Of a stretch of 64,000 nt of DNA, positions 45,934 through 55,129 are shown piece after piece. How positions within the stretch are numbered: position 1 is the stretch's first letter; each line of letters begins with the position of its first letter. This stretch comes from a virus (Duplodnaviria > Caudoviricetes), in the IMG/VR virus record IMGVR_UViG_3300026493_000002; one strand, 5' to 3'. Made by a program: the position numbers and the translations under genes. The notes beneath the pieces were generated by a model. It saw nothing but the letters and a program-made list of their open reading frames with translations, was not told where the DNA came from and did not search any database.

Positions 45934-46287
45934 ATGAAGACCCTGACTTTCGCTGCTGCCAAGAAGATCATCAAGAGCGTTGCCGACGAGCGCAGCATCT
46001 GGAACCAAAGTAGCAGCTTCCACCGCGGCGGTTACTGCGTCCTGTTCGACCGCTGGAACAACAATCGCGGTCATCACGTCAAACTGGAATTGACCTTCAT
46101 TCAGAGCGGCGCGGTCCTGCTGGCATGTGTCGGCGCGGTCGACACTCACACGGGCCGCGACTACGAATCGAACTTCATGCGCGGTCCTGAACTGCGCGCG
46201 GCAATTCAGGTTGCGGCCCAGACGACCGGCCTGAGCAAGAAGCAGGCGAGCGAAGTCATCGCGTATCTCGACGCGCTGGTCGCCTGA
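45934..46287 (+). CDS. hypothetical early protein (paralog trio, 1)
   Basis: AAGGA RBS; shared C-terminal helical motif. Confidence 0.7.
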   Translation: MKTLTFAAAKKIIKSVADERSIWNQSSSFHRGGYCVLFDRWNNNRGHHVKLELTFIQSGAVLLACVGAVDTHTGRDYESNFMRGPELRAAIQVAAQTTGLSKKQASEVIAYLDALVA

Positions 46288-46331
46288 TTCAAACTCAAAC
46301 CCGAATCATTCAATCTACAGGGAATTCACCA

Positions 46332-46736
46332 ATGTCCAAGTTCAATCGCAACAAGCTCGACCTCGTCGACCTGCTGGAAACCGCCGACCACTTCATGTCC
46401 AAAGCGGGTTACATCACCACGCTGCACGCGAGTCGCCGTCGTCGCGGCAAGCGTCGTAACCCCGAAGTGACTGCCGAAGGCAAGCGCATGATTCGCGCCG
46501 ATGACGGCAAGCGCTGGAGCTACGTGCTGACGTTCAAGGTCATCAAGGATCAACTGATGGCTTCCTTCTGTGTCGAAGGCGATCACGCGCAGAACGAAGA
46601 CGCGCCGAGCCATTTCAGCGTCTTCGCTCAAGGCAGGCTGCTGCGCAAGAACATTGTTCGGATCTGCAAGAAGGCTGGACTGCCGATGGCTCTCGCCAAC
46701 GACGTGTGCGCCGCGCTGGACCGTATCAAGGGCTAA
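46332..46736 (+). CDS. hypothetical early protein (paralog trio, 2)
   Basis: Shared C-terminal helical motif. Confidence 0.7.
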   Translation: MSKFNRNKLDLVDLLETADHFMSKAGYITTLHASRRRRGKRRNPEVTAEGKRMIRADDGKRWSYVLTFKVIKDQLMASFCVEGDHAQNEDAPSHFSVFAQGRLLRKNIVRICKKAGLPMALANDVCAALDRIKG

Positions 46737-46788
46737 ACCCGAAACACTCCGCTTCACCAATCGAATCTACTACTCTCTGGAGAACACC

Positions 46789-47175
46789 ATGTCCAAGTCT
46801 GTCGCCATCAACGCCAACAACCTCAACGCCAAGCAACTGATCGACGCCGTCACGAAGCGCGCCGAGTTCGACTCCATGGAGGTTGTCAACGCGCGCTCCA
46901 AGTTCAACAAGCACGCGGTTGCCATCGAGTTCCCCGCCGTAAAGGGCAAGAAGAAGGCTGAGTGGATGCCGACCCTCGTTTTCATGGCCCACGACATTGA
47001 CGGGTTGACTGCTCGCCTCCATCTGGAAGAGTGGGAAGGTGAAGGTTACATCGAAACGGAATACACCAACGGCGCCAAGCTGCGTAAGCGCATCCAGAAG
47101 GCTGCGAAGAAGGCTGGCATCAAGAAGAAGGCGGTCAAGGACTTCACCAACTTCCTGGACAGCCTCGTTGGCTAA
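46789..47175 (+). CDS. hypothetical early protein (paralog trio, 3)
   Basis: GGAG RBS, ATG 46789. Confidence 0.7.
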   Translation: MSKSVAINANNLNAKQLIDAVTKRAEFDSMEVVNARSKFNKHAVAIEFPAVKGKKKAEWMPTLVFMAHDIDGLTARLHLEEWEGEGYIETEYTNGAKLRKRIQKAAKKAGIKKKAVKDFTNFLDSLVG

Positions 47176-47218
47176 ACCCGAAGAGCGCCATATCAACCAA
47201 GTCGAATGTGAGTCTACA

Positions 47219-48361
47219 ATGTCTACGATCAAATCACTGAACATCTACAACGTTGCCGATATCGGTCAGTACGTCGAGCGGGTTATCTCCGACGTCCGTG
47301 AGGCTCACATTCGCACTTGGTTCCGTACCACCTACCTGCGTTGGTTCCGGCACGAATCGGACAACGTGCGTATCATGGTTCCGGGCGTGTTTCGCAACCT
47401 GCACGAACCCTTCGGCCTGCGTTCGACAAAGACGGACGTGCTGGCGACGTCCTTGAAGCATGACGTGTTCCACTTTGTGGACGATTACCCCACGGAGCAG
47501 TGGGCCATCGACGCGATGCTTCACGGTAAGCTGTTGTGGTGGGTTGAGCCGCGTCGTCGCGCGACGGACATTCTGCGCCACTGGATCGACTTCATGCGCA
47601 CGCTGCCTGCCGATAAGCCGATTCGCCAAAGCGTTGACGCCATGATCGAAGCCGTGCGGAAGTACGATGAAATGCTGGAGCGCCAGAAGTTGATCGACAA
47701 CCTCAACGACGGCGTTTTGAAGGTTCACGAAGATCCGCAACGTGGGTTCCAGATAGTTCGTCTCGACACGAGGGAGGCAGTGCGCGCCGAGGGCGCCTAC
47801 ATGAAACACTGCATCTGGACCAGTCGATATGATTTGCGCCTGCACACTAGGCTGTTCTCAATCCGTTCAATCGAAACTGGTTTGCCGCTAGCCTCTATTG
47901 AAGTGCGCGCCGCCTCGATCAGGCTGCCTGCGGACAAGGTCAAGACGTTCTGCGGCTTGTCGGTATTCAAACGCGAGTTCATGGACTTCGACGGTTATGT
48001 GCTTGTGCAGGTCTCAGGGCCGCGCAACCGTGAAGTCGCTGACGAAGTTCTCGCCAGTGTCAACGAGTGGTTTGTTGATTCCTGCGATCATCGGGTCAAC
48101 TTGGTATCTCCTCCGCCGGAAGGAAATCCGACCTACGTCTTCGAGGTCTCCGGCAAGAGTGAATACGGTGACGACGATGACGATGGTGAAAACGACGCCC
48201 ACTTTGACGACGGTGAAGCTGACGGCGAGGACGATGATGATGACGCCGAGGACGAAGCCGAACCGGAAAACGACGATGACAAGGACAAAGCCGAGGACGA
48301 GGACTTCGACGACGAAGCCATCGAAGAAATCAGTGCCGCCCTTGATTACGTCGATGACTAA
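47219..48361 (+). CDS. PcfJ-like domain protein with acidic tail
   Basis: AVRAEGAYMKHCI...LFSIR...PLASIEV; long D/E tract. Confidence 0.7.
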   Translation: MSTIKSLNIYNVADIGQYVERVISDVREAHIRTWFRTTYLRWFRHESDNVRIMVPGVFRNLHEPFGLRSTKTDVLATSLKHDVFHFVDDYPTEQWAIDAMLHGKLLWWVEPRRRATDILRHWIDFMRTLPADKPIRQSVDAMIEAVRKYDEMLERQKLIDNLNDGVLKVHEDPQRGFQIVRLDTREAVRAEGAYMKHCIWTSRYDLRLHTRLFSIRSIETGLPLASIEVRAASIRLPADKVKTFCGLSVFKREFMDFDGYVLVQVSGPRNREVADEVLASVNEWFVDSCDHRVNLVSPPPEGNPTYVFEVSGKSEYGDDDDDGENDAHFDDGEADGEDDDDDAEDEAEPENDDDKDKAEDEDFDDEAIEEISAALDYVDD

Positions 48362-48395
48362 CTGAAACACCTACAACTTTCTACAGGAAACACCC

Positions 48396-48668
48396 ATGAA
48401 CACCCAGACGATCCTCACCCAGAACAATAAGCACTTCCTCCTCAGCGAAGGCGCAACCAAGATCGTCAAGGCGCTCCAGAAAGCAGGCGACAACGGCCTG
48501 ACCTATGCCGAGCTCCAGACGAAGACTAAGACGGCACAGGCCTCCATCTACGTGTTCGCGCAGCGTCTGCGCGACGCCAAGCTGGTCGACACGAAAGAAG
48601 GCACCATCAAGCGTCTGGTGTTGAAGAACGCCAAGACTGTTTCCATTGGAAACGCAACCCGACTTTGA
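48396..48668 (+). CDS. winged helix-turn-helix protein
   Basis: KIVKAL...GLTYAELQTKTKTAQASIYVFAQRLRDAKLV. Confidence 0.65.
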   Translation: MNTQTILTQNNKHFLLSEGATKIVKALQKAGDNGLTYAELQTKTKTAQASIYVFAQRLRDAKLVDTKEGTIKRLVLKNAKTVSIGNATRL

Positions 48669-48678
48669 GGTAAAGAAC

Positions 48679-49158
48679 ATGGACAACAGGAGCCAGTGGC
48701 ACGTACACAGTAACGCCGCAGTACGGATGAACGGATCGGGTTCAAGCATAGCCGATGAAGTTCAGGTCACCTACTACAACAACTGCGGCCTACAACCACG
48801 TAGCGAAGACACGCTGCGACACAAGATGGCTGAGCGCGTTACGTCGCTTCTGAACCAGTTGCCTCAGGACGAATTTGGCATGCCCTGCTTGCCTGATGAC
48901 TTCGAGAGCCTGCTTCGCAAAGCGAAGAACTGGGACGACCTGCAGGAAGTGCGTAGACAGTCCTACGCCAACAGCACCGATCCTGATCCAATGTGGAAGC
49001 GACTGGCGCTGCAGGGCAAGGTAACAGATGCGATCAAGTCGCACCGCATTTTGCACGGTAGCAGTCTCGCCGAATCGCGCGACGTTGTGAACCACTACAT
49101 CAACAATCAGAACAAGGGCGGCGACACCTCGCTGAACTCCGTTCTGGAACGACCGTAA
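48679..49158 (+). CDS. hypothetical protein with L7/L12 C-terminal-like motif
   Basis: GKVTDAIKSHRILHGSSLAESRDVVN. Confidence 0.5.
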   Translation: MDNRSQWHVHSNAAVRMNGSGSSIADEVQVTYYNNCGLQPRSEDTLRHKMAERVTSLLNQLPQDEFGMPCLPDDFESLLRKAKNWDDLQEVRRQSYANSTDPDPMWKRLALQGKVTDAIKSHRILHGSSLAESRDVVNHYINNQNKGGDTSLNSVLERP

Positions 49159-49174
49159 ATAGGAGAACACCGCA

Positions 49175-49510
49175 ATGAACGTCAAGAACACCGAACTGCC
49201 GCAGAACGTGAGCGACACCCTGAACAAGCTGGTCGGCACCCTGAACGAACAGGATCGCCTGCGTCTCGCAACGGCCCTGATGCTGTCGATCCCGCACACG
49301 CTGATGGGCCCGACCATCGGCGCAGCGAACAACATGATCCACGCTGACGCCAACATGGATCGCGCCCATGAAGTGCTGCGCGTCTTCTCGCACGTGGAAC
49401 GCGACGTTCGCTTGCACGTCGAGGCGCTGGTGAAAACCGGTGTGGAACTCAGCACTCTGGCCACGGTGCTGAACTACGTGAAGCCCGACCCCGAGCCGGT
49501 AGAGGCTTGA
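49175..49510 (+). CDS. hypothetical protein
   Basis: AGGAG RBS. Confidence 0.7.
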   Translation: MNVKNTELPQNVSDTLNKLVGTLNEQDRLRLATALMLSIPHTLMGPTIGAANNMIHADANMDRAHEVLRVFSHVERDVRLHVEALVKTGVELSTLATVLNYVKPDPEPVEA

Positions 49511-49514
49511 CCGC

Positions 49515-49757
49515 ATGGCGGCCGCAGTACCAACGAAAGCGCAGGCAGCAAAAGCGTGGCGCGACCTGAAAGCCGCCGAGTCGGATATGGCTCGGCTCAA
49601 GACGTACAAGCGCATGGATCAGTCTATGCGCTCTCGCTACAACAGGATGCGGGACCTCCACTTTGAGAGCGAACGCATCCTGACCGCATTCTTCTCTGGC
49701 AAGCCCTACACGGCGCCTGCTGCCGAAGAACCCATGGACGACAATCTGCCGTTCTAA
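49515..49757 (+). CDS. small hypothetical protein
   Basis: 80 aa, ends DDNLPF. Confidence 0.6.
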   Translation: MAAAVPTKAQAAKAWRDLKAAESDMARLKTYKRMDQSMRSRYNRMRDLHFESERILTAFFSGKPYTAPAAEEPMDDNLPF

Positions 49758-49796
49758 CCGAAGTACAATCCCTAAAACTACAACAAGAGGTGTCAT

Positions 49797-50105
49797 ATGA
49801 AATACCGTATCGCAATCATCGTCGCAGCCGCATTGGCAATCACTGCCTGTTCGGAGAGCAAACCCGAGCCGGCGAGCATCGAACGTTCCTTGCCTCACTT
49901 CATCGTGAACTGCAAGGAACAGTACAAGCGCAACAACAACCAGACCATCGACACGCCGCTGATGTTCCAGTATTGCGGCTGTCTCAGCAACACCTGGGCG
50001 GCCGAGACCAGCAACGGTCGCACGGAGCAGAACAAAGTCTTCCAGAACGAAATGCTCGCGCGATGCCGCGAAGTCACCGCCGTCACGCAGCCGAAGGGGA
50101 ACTGA
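49797..50105 (+). CDS. lipoprotein, 4-Cys family (paralog 1)
   Basis: Lipobox ITAC; F...C..YCGC..CRE. Confidence 0.75.
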   Translation: MKYRIAIIVAAALAITACSESKPEPASIERSLPHFIVNCKEQYKRNNNQTIDTPLMFQYCGCLSNTWAAETSNGRTEQNKVFQNEMLARCREVTAVTQPKGN

Positions 50106-50107
50106 AC

Positions 50108-50422
50108 ATGAAGCGCACCATGATGCTGCTCGCACCGACCGCCGTGCTGCTGATTGCAGCCGCCTGCTCCAACAACGAGGTCGCTACGCGGCCTCCGAAC
50201 CAGCCCGACTTTGTTCTCCAGTGTCGGGCCGACATTCACAACATGACTGGCTCCAGCAAGGTCAGTCCTCTCGCTGACGCCTATTGCCTGTGCGTCAACG
50301 TTGAAGCACTGGATATCAGCGGTGGCTACGCTCGCAGCATCAACCCGAGCGAACGCAACACCATCGTGTCCATGTGCCGCGAGAAAGCGGAGCTCAACGT
50401 AACCCAACGCCCGGTGAATTGA
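50108..50422 (+). CDS. lipoprotein, 4-Cys family (paralog 2)
   Basis: ATG 50108; lipobox AAAC; F...C..YCLC..CRE. Confidence 0.75.
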   Translation: MKRTMMLLAPTAVLLIAAACSNNEVATRPPNQPDFVLQCRADIHNMTGSSKVSPLADAYCLCVNVEALDISGGYARSINPSERNTIVSMCREKAELNVTQRPVN

Positions 50423-50423
50423 C

Positions 50424-50729
50424 ATGGCCGCTTCCAGGAAGAAGACGACGTTTCAGGTTGCAGTCGATCTGGAGGACGTCAACACCAGCGACTGGTACCC
50501 GCTTGAAGGTACATCGGCAAATCCGGTACCGGAAATGCTTCCGCACTTGATGCACTCCGGGTCCTACGAAAGTCTCACGATCAAGGTGCGTAAGCGTATC
50601 AAGGCCGAGGCGCGTAAGGCCCGCCGCGAAATGAAGTACAAGATCGCGGTGGAGGTTCTGCACTACGATCCGACCGACATTGACGAATCCATCGGCACGT
50701 TCTTGGTCGCCAACGTCACCATGTGGTAA
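50424..50729 (+). CDS. hypothetical protein
   Basis: 101 aa ORF. Confidence 0.6.
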   Translation: MAASRKKTTFQVAVDLEDVNTSDWYPLEGTSANPVPEMLPHLMHSGSYESLTIKVRKRIKAEARKARREMKYKIAVEVLHYDPTDIDESIGTFLVANVTMW

Positions 50730-50766
50730 CAGGCTTCAACATCCCTCAACTACCCAAACTACAACA

Positions 50767-51369
50767 ATGCCCCAGAATAATCGTCCCTTCCTGAGCATCG
50801 AAGACCTGGTAGCAGCGGCCCTCGATCACGACTACGTGTCCAACAATCGCCGTCTCGTTCGTTTCGACCTGAATCAAATCCGTGTGGCTATTCGCGCACG
50901 GTTTGTCACCAAGCCGATGCTGTCCAAGATCTTCGGCATCTTGGAAGAGAAGCAGTACATCATCATGCGGCCTAGTGACTTGGCGGAAATCATCCCGTCC
51001 GAGTTCGAGGACGTGTACGTGATGATGAAGCGTCCTCCGATGATGGTGGCGTCGACCATCATGTTCGGGCCTGACGATCTGGACCGCGCCGAATTGCGAC
51101 TGCTCGGTGAAGTGGAGCTCGCAGACGGCAGCCGCATCAAGCACGGCAAGGTCAAGCGCGTGCCCGCCAACGGTGACTGGATCAAGTACCGCGACAAGAA
51201 GGGCGCCATCCACGACGTGCTGGTTGTTGACGTTCGCCGTGATGGCTCCTCCAAGCACTTCGCGTACACGGTGTTGGCCCGTGTCGGCAAGGCGGGCAAG
51301 ATCGACAGCATCGACATTACGGCTGACTCCGTGGTCGAACTCGGCCGCAGTTCGTTCGAGGGGAAGTGA
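50767..51369 (+). CDS. hypothetical protein with SH3-like C-terminus
   Basis: ATG 50767 after an A/C-rich leader. Confidence 0.65.
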   Translation: MPQNNRPFLSIEDLVAAALDHDYVSNNRRLVRFDLNQIRVAIRARFVTKPMLSKIFGILEEKQYIIMRPSDLAEIIPSEFEDVYVMMKRPPMMVASTIMFGPDDLDRAELRLLGEVELADGSRIKHGKVKRVPANGDWIKYRDKKGAIHDVLVVDVRRDGSSKHFAYTVLARVGKAGKIDSIDITADSVVELGRSSFEGK

Positions 51370-51371
51370 GC

Positions 51372-51761
51372 ATGTCGGTATCACGCAACAGTAGTCACGT
51401 CAACTCCAGTGTGGAGTGCCCGCGCTGCCTCGCTCTTCCCGGCGAGCGTTGCCGCACCAAGATGAACCGCCCGTTCGTTGCCGAGTGTGACGCTCACCAG
51501 GAACGGGTTGCTGTCGTCAAGGCAAATCTGGCGGAGTTCGAGATTCTGAAAGAACGCGCGCGTGCTGCTGCGCAGGTCAACGTCGGCAAGATGGATCCGC
51601 GCGCGGCCGAGTTCGTGTACCACTACACGCGCCTGTGTCGCCGTCTCGGCATCGCATTGGCCCACGAGGACGATCGCGGTTCTTTCGTCATCACCGACCA
51701 GGACCTCCAAGACAACATCAACTGGGTCAGTCACGCCGACGTTCGACTCAAGGAGAAGTGA
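51372..51761 (+). CDS. zinc-finger protein
   Basis: CPRCLALPGERC...H..R. Confidence 0.65.
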   Translation: MSVSRNSSHVNSSVECPRCLALPGERCRTKMNRPFVAECDAHQERVAVVKANLAEFEILKERARAAAQVNVGKMDPRAAEFVYHYTRLCRRLGIALAHEDDRGSFVITDQDLQDNINWVSHADVRLKEK

Positions 51762-51762
51762 T

Positions 51763-52200
51763 ATGAACCATCGCCGCAGAATGGAAATCGCCGAGAAGCT
51801 GCGGGTTGCGCTCCAGACCAAGAACGCTGCCGAACGGCGTTCAGGCTTCACTCGCGCAGCAACCGTCGAAATCTTCAAGACGGAATGCAGCCAGTTGATC
51901 GACAAGCACGGAGCCGAGCTTCTGGAACTGATGGAAGCCGTGAGCGAAGAAGAGTCGACCGAGCCTGATGACGGCCCGAAAGTCTTCGCCGATATTGAGT
52001 CTCTGCGCTCGGAGTTCAACGAAGCATCGGACGCGCATTCGGCCTTGAACACCAGTCCGAAGGCACTGGCCAACTTTGAACGCTCGGCTGGTGTCTTCTT
52101 CGCTGCCAACATGAACATCATCCGCGACTGGCTGGCGGGCAAGAAGATCGTTGCGCTCAACAGCGATGGCAGTGTCAGCGATACGAAGCTCGGCGGTTGA
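51763..52200 (+). CDS. hypothetical protein
   Basis: AAGGAG RBS. Confidence 0.7.
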   Translation: MNHRRRMEIAEKLRVALQTKNAAERRSGFTRAATVEIFKTECSQLIDKHGAELLELMEAVSEEESTEPDDGPKVFADIESLRSEFNEASDAHSALNTSPKALANFERSAGVFFAANMNIIRDWLAGKKIVALNSDGSVSDTKLGG

Positions 52201-52203
52201 GCC

Positions 52204-52611
52204 ATGAAGGGCCAGAAGAAGAAAGCCTTGTGGGCAGCAAAGCGTGCGGCCAATGCCGAGAAGCGCGAAGCCGAACGCAAGGCAAACACCGCCAAGCCCT
52301 TCAGGAAGAAGCGCGAGTTTGTAGAACTGAAACCCCGTGACTCCAAGTACGTCATCACCGATGAAATGAAGCGAGCCGCGGAAGCACCGTCTGCTGCAAT
52401 GCCTGCACCAACTGGAGTCGTGCGGGTCGACGGCAAGAAGGCCAAGCGCAACATGGGCGAGGACGAGTATGCCCGTCGTGAGGCCGAAGCGCAGAAAGAA
52501 ATCAAGCGCAAGAAGACCAAGGTCGCCCCGCTCTACAACAAGGGCGGGTATCAGTACGTGGGCGACGACGCGCCGCCTGAAATCATCAAGAACCTGGGAA
52601 GAAAGGTATGA
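52204..52611 (+). CDS. basic hypothetical phage protein
   Basis: C-terminal APLYNKGGYQY motif recalled from large myophages. Confidence 0.65.
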   Translation: MKGQKKKALWAAKRAANAEKREAERKANTAKPFRKKREFVELKPRDSKYVITDEMKRAAEAPSAAMPAPTGVVRVDGKKAKRNMGEDEYARREAEAQKEIKRKKTKVAPLYNKGGYQYVGDDAPPEIIKNLGRKV

Positions 52612-53003
52612 CTGACAAGAGCAACGCTTTCGACATTGCCAAGCCGTTTGGCACCGGCACCGTGCGCATTCTCACTACGAGCCCGGCTACGCGCTTCTAC
52701 TCTGGCGCAGCGTTTGAGAAGCTCCGCCGCGAACAGGAGGGGAGTCAGTGCCGTATCCACGAGGTGAAGGACACGCCGCAAACCCGAACGATGCTGAACG
52801 CCTACAAGACCAAGGGCGTCAAGAGTCGTCGTCTGCGGAAGCGCGGTGTCATCGTGATGGGCAATCCCGTCGTGATGAATATGTCCTCAACGTTGTGCGA
52901 ACGCATCGCAGCGAAGATTGTCGAGGTCGACACCAAGCAAAAGACCAAGCGTGACAACTGGAAGGCCCGCTACAAGAAGCCGACCAAGCGAATCAAACGC
53001 TGA
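52608..53003 (+). CDS. basic hypothetical protein
   Basis: ATGA overlap. Confidence 0.6.
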   Translation: MTDKSNAFDIAKPFGTGTVRILTTSPATRFYSGAAFEKLRREQEGSQCRIHEVKDTPQTRTMLNAYKTKGVKSRRLRKRGVIVMGNPVVMNMSSTLCERIAAKIVEVDTKQKTKRDNWKARYKKPTKRIKR

Positions 53004-53013
53004 CGAGAAGATC

Positions 53014-53340
53014 ATGACCAATTCATTGAAAGGCGGCACTGAGACAATCCGTGCCGAACTGAAAGCGGCCGAGTATTCGCGCGGTGTGATCCACGACGTG
53101 ATGCTGGAGCATGTGCCAATCGCCGATCTGCCTGGCGATCTGGGCATTCCCGATGCCGCCGTTATCGCCGTGATCGACAGCATGACCGAAGACGAACTCC
53201 TCGAGGCTGGACGTTGGGGAGTGGACGACACGGTGGTGCGCGACACGATCTTCACCCGTTTGGAAGAGAACGGCCTGCCGCAAGCTGCACTCGATGCCAT
53301 CAAGGAGCAGAAAGATGCCTACCGCACAGTATCGCCGTAA
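53014..53340 (+). CDS. hypothetical protein
   Basis: ATG 53014. Confidence 0.6.
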   Translation: MTNSLKGGTETIRAELKAAEYSRGVIHDVMLEHVPIADLPGDLGIPDAAVIAVIDSMTEDELLEAGRWGVDDTVVRDTIFTRLEENGLPQAALDAIKEQKDAYRTVSP

Positions 53341-53830
53341 GTTCATCACCGAAGACACCCTCGGCATGAAGGTGCACAAGATCCTTCGGGCCAACGGTAC
53401 GGAAGTCGCCACGATCTTCGCAACCACGATCAACACCGTGAATGCGGTCGTGGAAGAACTGAACAACGTGGCCCCGCCGCCGGACGTGCTTTTCCCTCAC
53501 GGTCCGATGCGACTGCACAACGTCTTCAACTGGCGCATCGTCACTCGCCATCGCAACGGCGTGACGCACAGCATCCGCACGCGCACCGGTCAGTACCACA
53601 TGGCAGTCAACGCCATTTTGGCAATGCTCACTGTGGAGGAACTCGACTCGGTGACTCTCGCCAGCGGTGAGTTCCACGCCTGGATAGAAATCTGGATGAA
53701 GGACTTGGTCGATGCGAACGGGCCGTATCCCTACGTGTTCAATGGCCATTCGGCACAAGCCATCATCTACTCCGACGAAGAACTGGAAGCAGCCCGCTTC
53801 TCGATCCTCAACAACGCAGCAGAAGCCTGA
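53315..53830 (+). CDS. hypothetical protein
   Basis: AAGGAG RBS, ATG 53315. Confidence 0.65.
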   Translation: MPTAQYRRKFITEDTLGMKVHKILRANGTEVATIFATTINTVNAVVEELNNVAPPPDVLFPHGPMRLHNVFNWRIVTRHRNGVTHSIRTRTGQYHMAVNAILAMLTVEELDSVTLASGEFHAWIEIWMKDLVDANGPYPYVFNGHSAQAIIYSDEELEAARFSILNNAAEA

Positions 53831-53840
53831 GGTAAGCACT

Positions 53841-54185
53841 ATGGCAAAGTGGATCGAGTACGACGCCGAAGATCAGGCTGGCTATCAGGAGTGGTTGAAG
53901 CAGGCACCGCCCGATGTTCGCGCTCGGATCGAGGAACTCGGGTTGCATCCCGACGTGCTGTTCCGCATGAAGTCCACTGACCAGCGTGTGTTCGTCAGTG
54001 GCTTCGCAGCAGACGGCAAGGTCACCGTCGTCATCCTGCATCGCTACAACACGCACCTGAAAGATCGTCCGCCGCTCGACTTCAAGGTGTTCGGCGTTGA
54101 TCCTCACGATCTTGTCGAGTGTGACCTGCCTGACGGTATCGAAATCATCCGGCGCGAGCCGCGTCCGCAACCCAGGGTTCACTAG
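53841..54185 (+). CDS. hypothetical protein
   Basis: GAGGT RBS, ATG 53841. Confidence 0.7.
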   Translation: MAKWIEYDAEDQAGYQEWLKQAPPDVRARIEELGLHPDVLFRMKSTDQRVFVSGFAADGKVTVVILHRYNTHLKDRPPLDFKVFGVDPHDLVECDLPDGIEIIRREPRPQPRVH

Positions 54186-54193
54186 GAGCAACC

Positions 54194-54439
54194 GTGGCAA
54201 AGGAGTACATGACGTACTGGAAATACTGGCGCAAGAGTGGTTGGGCGGCACGCCATCTGTTCGCGCTACCTGCACTGTTCATCGGACTGGTTAGTCTGTA
54301 CGGCGGAGAGCCCAAGTACAGCTACACCATTTCCATTCTCAGCCAACTGCTGGTTCAGGTGTTCATCCATGGAGCTGTCCTGTTGCTCGCGCGTTTCGAG
54401 TGGAAAGTTGAATACGGAGACCATCACAAAGCTATGTGA
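54194..54439 (+). CDS. small membrane protein
   Basis: AGGAG RBS; two hydrophobic segments. Confidence 0.6.
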   Translation: MAKEYMTYWKYWRKSGWAARHLFALPALFIGLVSLYGGEPKYSYTISILSQLLVQVFIHGAVLLLARFEWKVEYGDHHKAM

Positions 54440-54455
54440 TGATCCATGGACGGTG

Positions 54456-54869
54456 ATGATGCTTAGGGATCATGCCGACGACATGGAGAAGATGATGCCG
54501 GGGATAACCGAGATATTCAACAGGTATATCCCGAGAGCAATCGGCGTTACGTCAGGTCGCAATCGCGTCGTGTTCCACATGGGGCACTACGTGGTGAAAA
54601 TCCCGATGAATTACAACGGCATCGCAGACAACGACTGGGAGGGATCGGTGCGACATAGCCCTGATCCTCGCATGGCGAAGTATGCGCGAACCCGAATGGT
54701 GTATCACACCGAAATACCCGTGGTCTTTATGGAGTATGTAAAGTACATTGCGTACGGCGAACTCCGTGAGCGCGGGCCTGTTCCCCACTGGGTTGACGGT
54801 ATCGACTGTCAGCAAGTCGGGTTTAATAGACGCGGCCAATTGGTCGCATATGATTACGGCATAAGGTAA
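54456..54869 (+). CDS. minimal protein-kinase-like fold protein
   Basis: SGRNRVVF..YVVKIP...N..E...IDCQQVG...LVAYDYG; start uncertain. Confidence 0.55.
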   Translation: MMLRDHADDMEKMMPGITEIFNRYIPRAIGVTSGRNRVVFHMGHYVVKIPMNYNGIADNDWEGSVRHSPDPRMAKYARTRMVYHTEIPVVFMEYVKYIAYGELRERGPVPHWVDGIDCQQVGFNRRGQLVAYDYGIR

Positions 54870-55129
54870 TGACAAACAACAACGAAATGATCCAGCCTGC
54901 ACCGAACCCCAACATCCCCGGCATCGCAGCCACTGGCCTGACGCGCAATCAGGTTGACGTGCTGACCATCGGGCGAGCTACCAACCCCGCTGCAGGCAAC
55001 ACGGGCGTTCGTGTCCAGCGCGGTGTGATGACCGACATGCTCTGGAACTATCTCGATCCGAATCCGGAAGAGACGACGCTCGCAGTCATCAACCTGCAGG
55101 CTCGTATGCGAAAGGCGAGCAAGCCGTGA
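54869..55129 (+). CDS. hypothetical protein
   Basis: TAATG coupling. Confidence 0.6.
   Translation: MTNNNEMIQPAPNPNIPGIAATGLTRNQVDVLTIGRATNPAAGNTGVRVQRGVMTDMLWNYLDPNPEETTLAVINLQARMRKASKP

Noticed and set aside
41913-47182. AAACCCGA repeats as a CRISPR array or IS ends
   Set aside because: The repeats are only 8-19 bp, irregularly spaced and in both orientations, with no cas or transposase genes.
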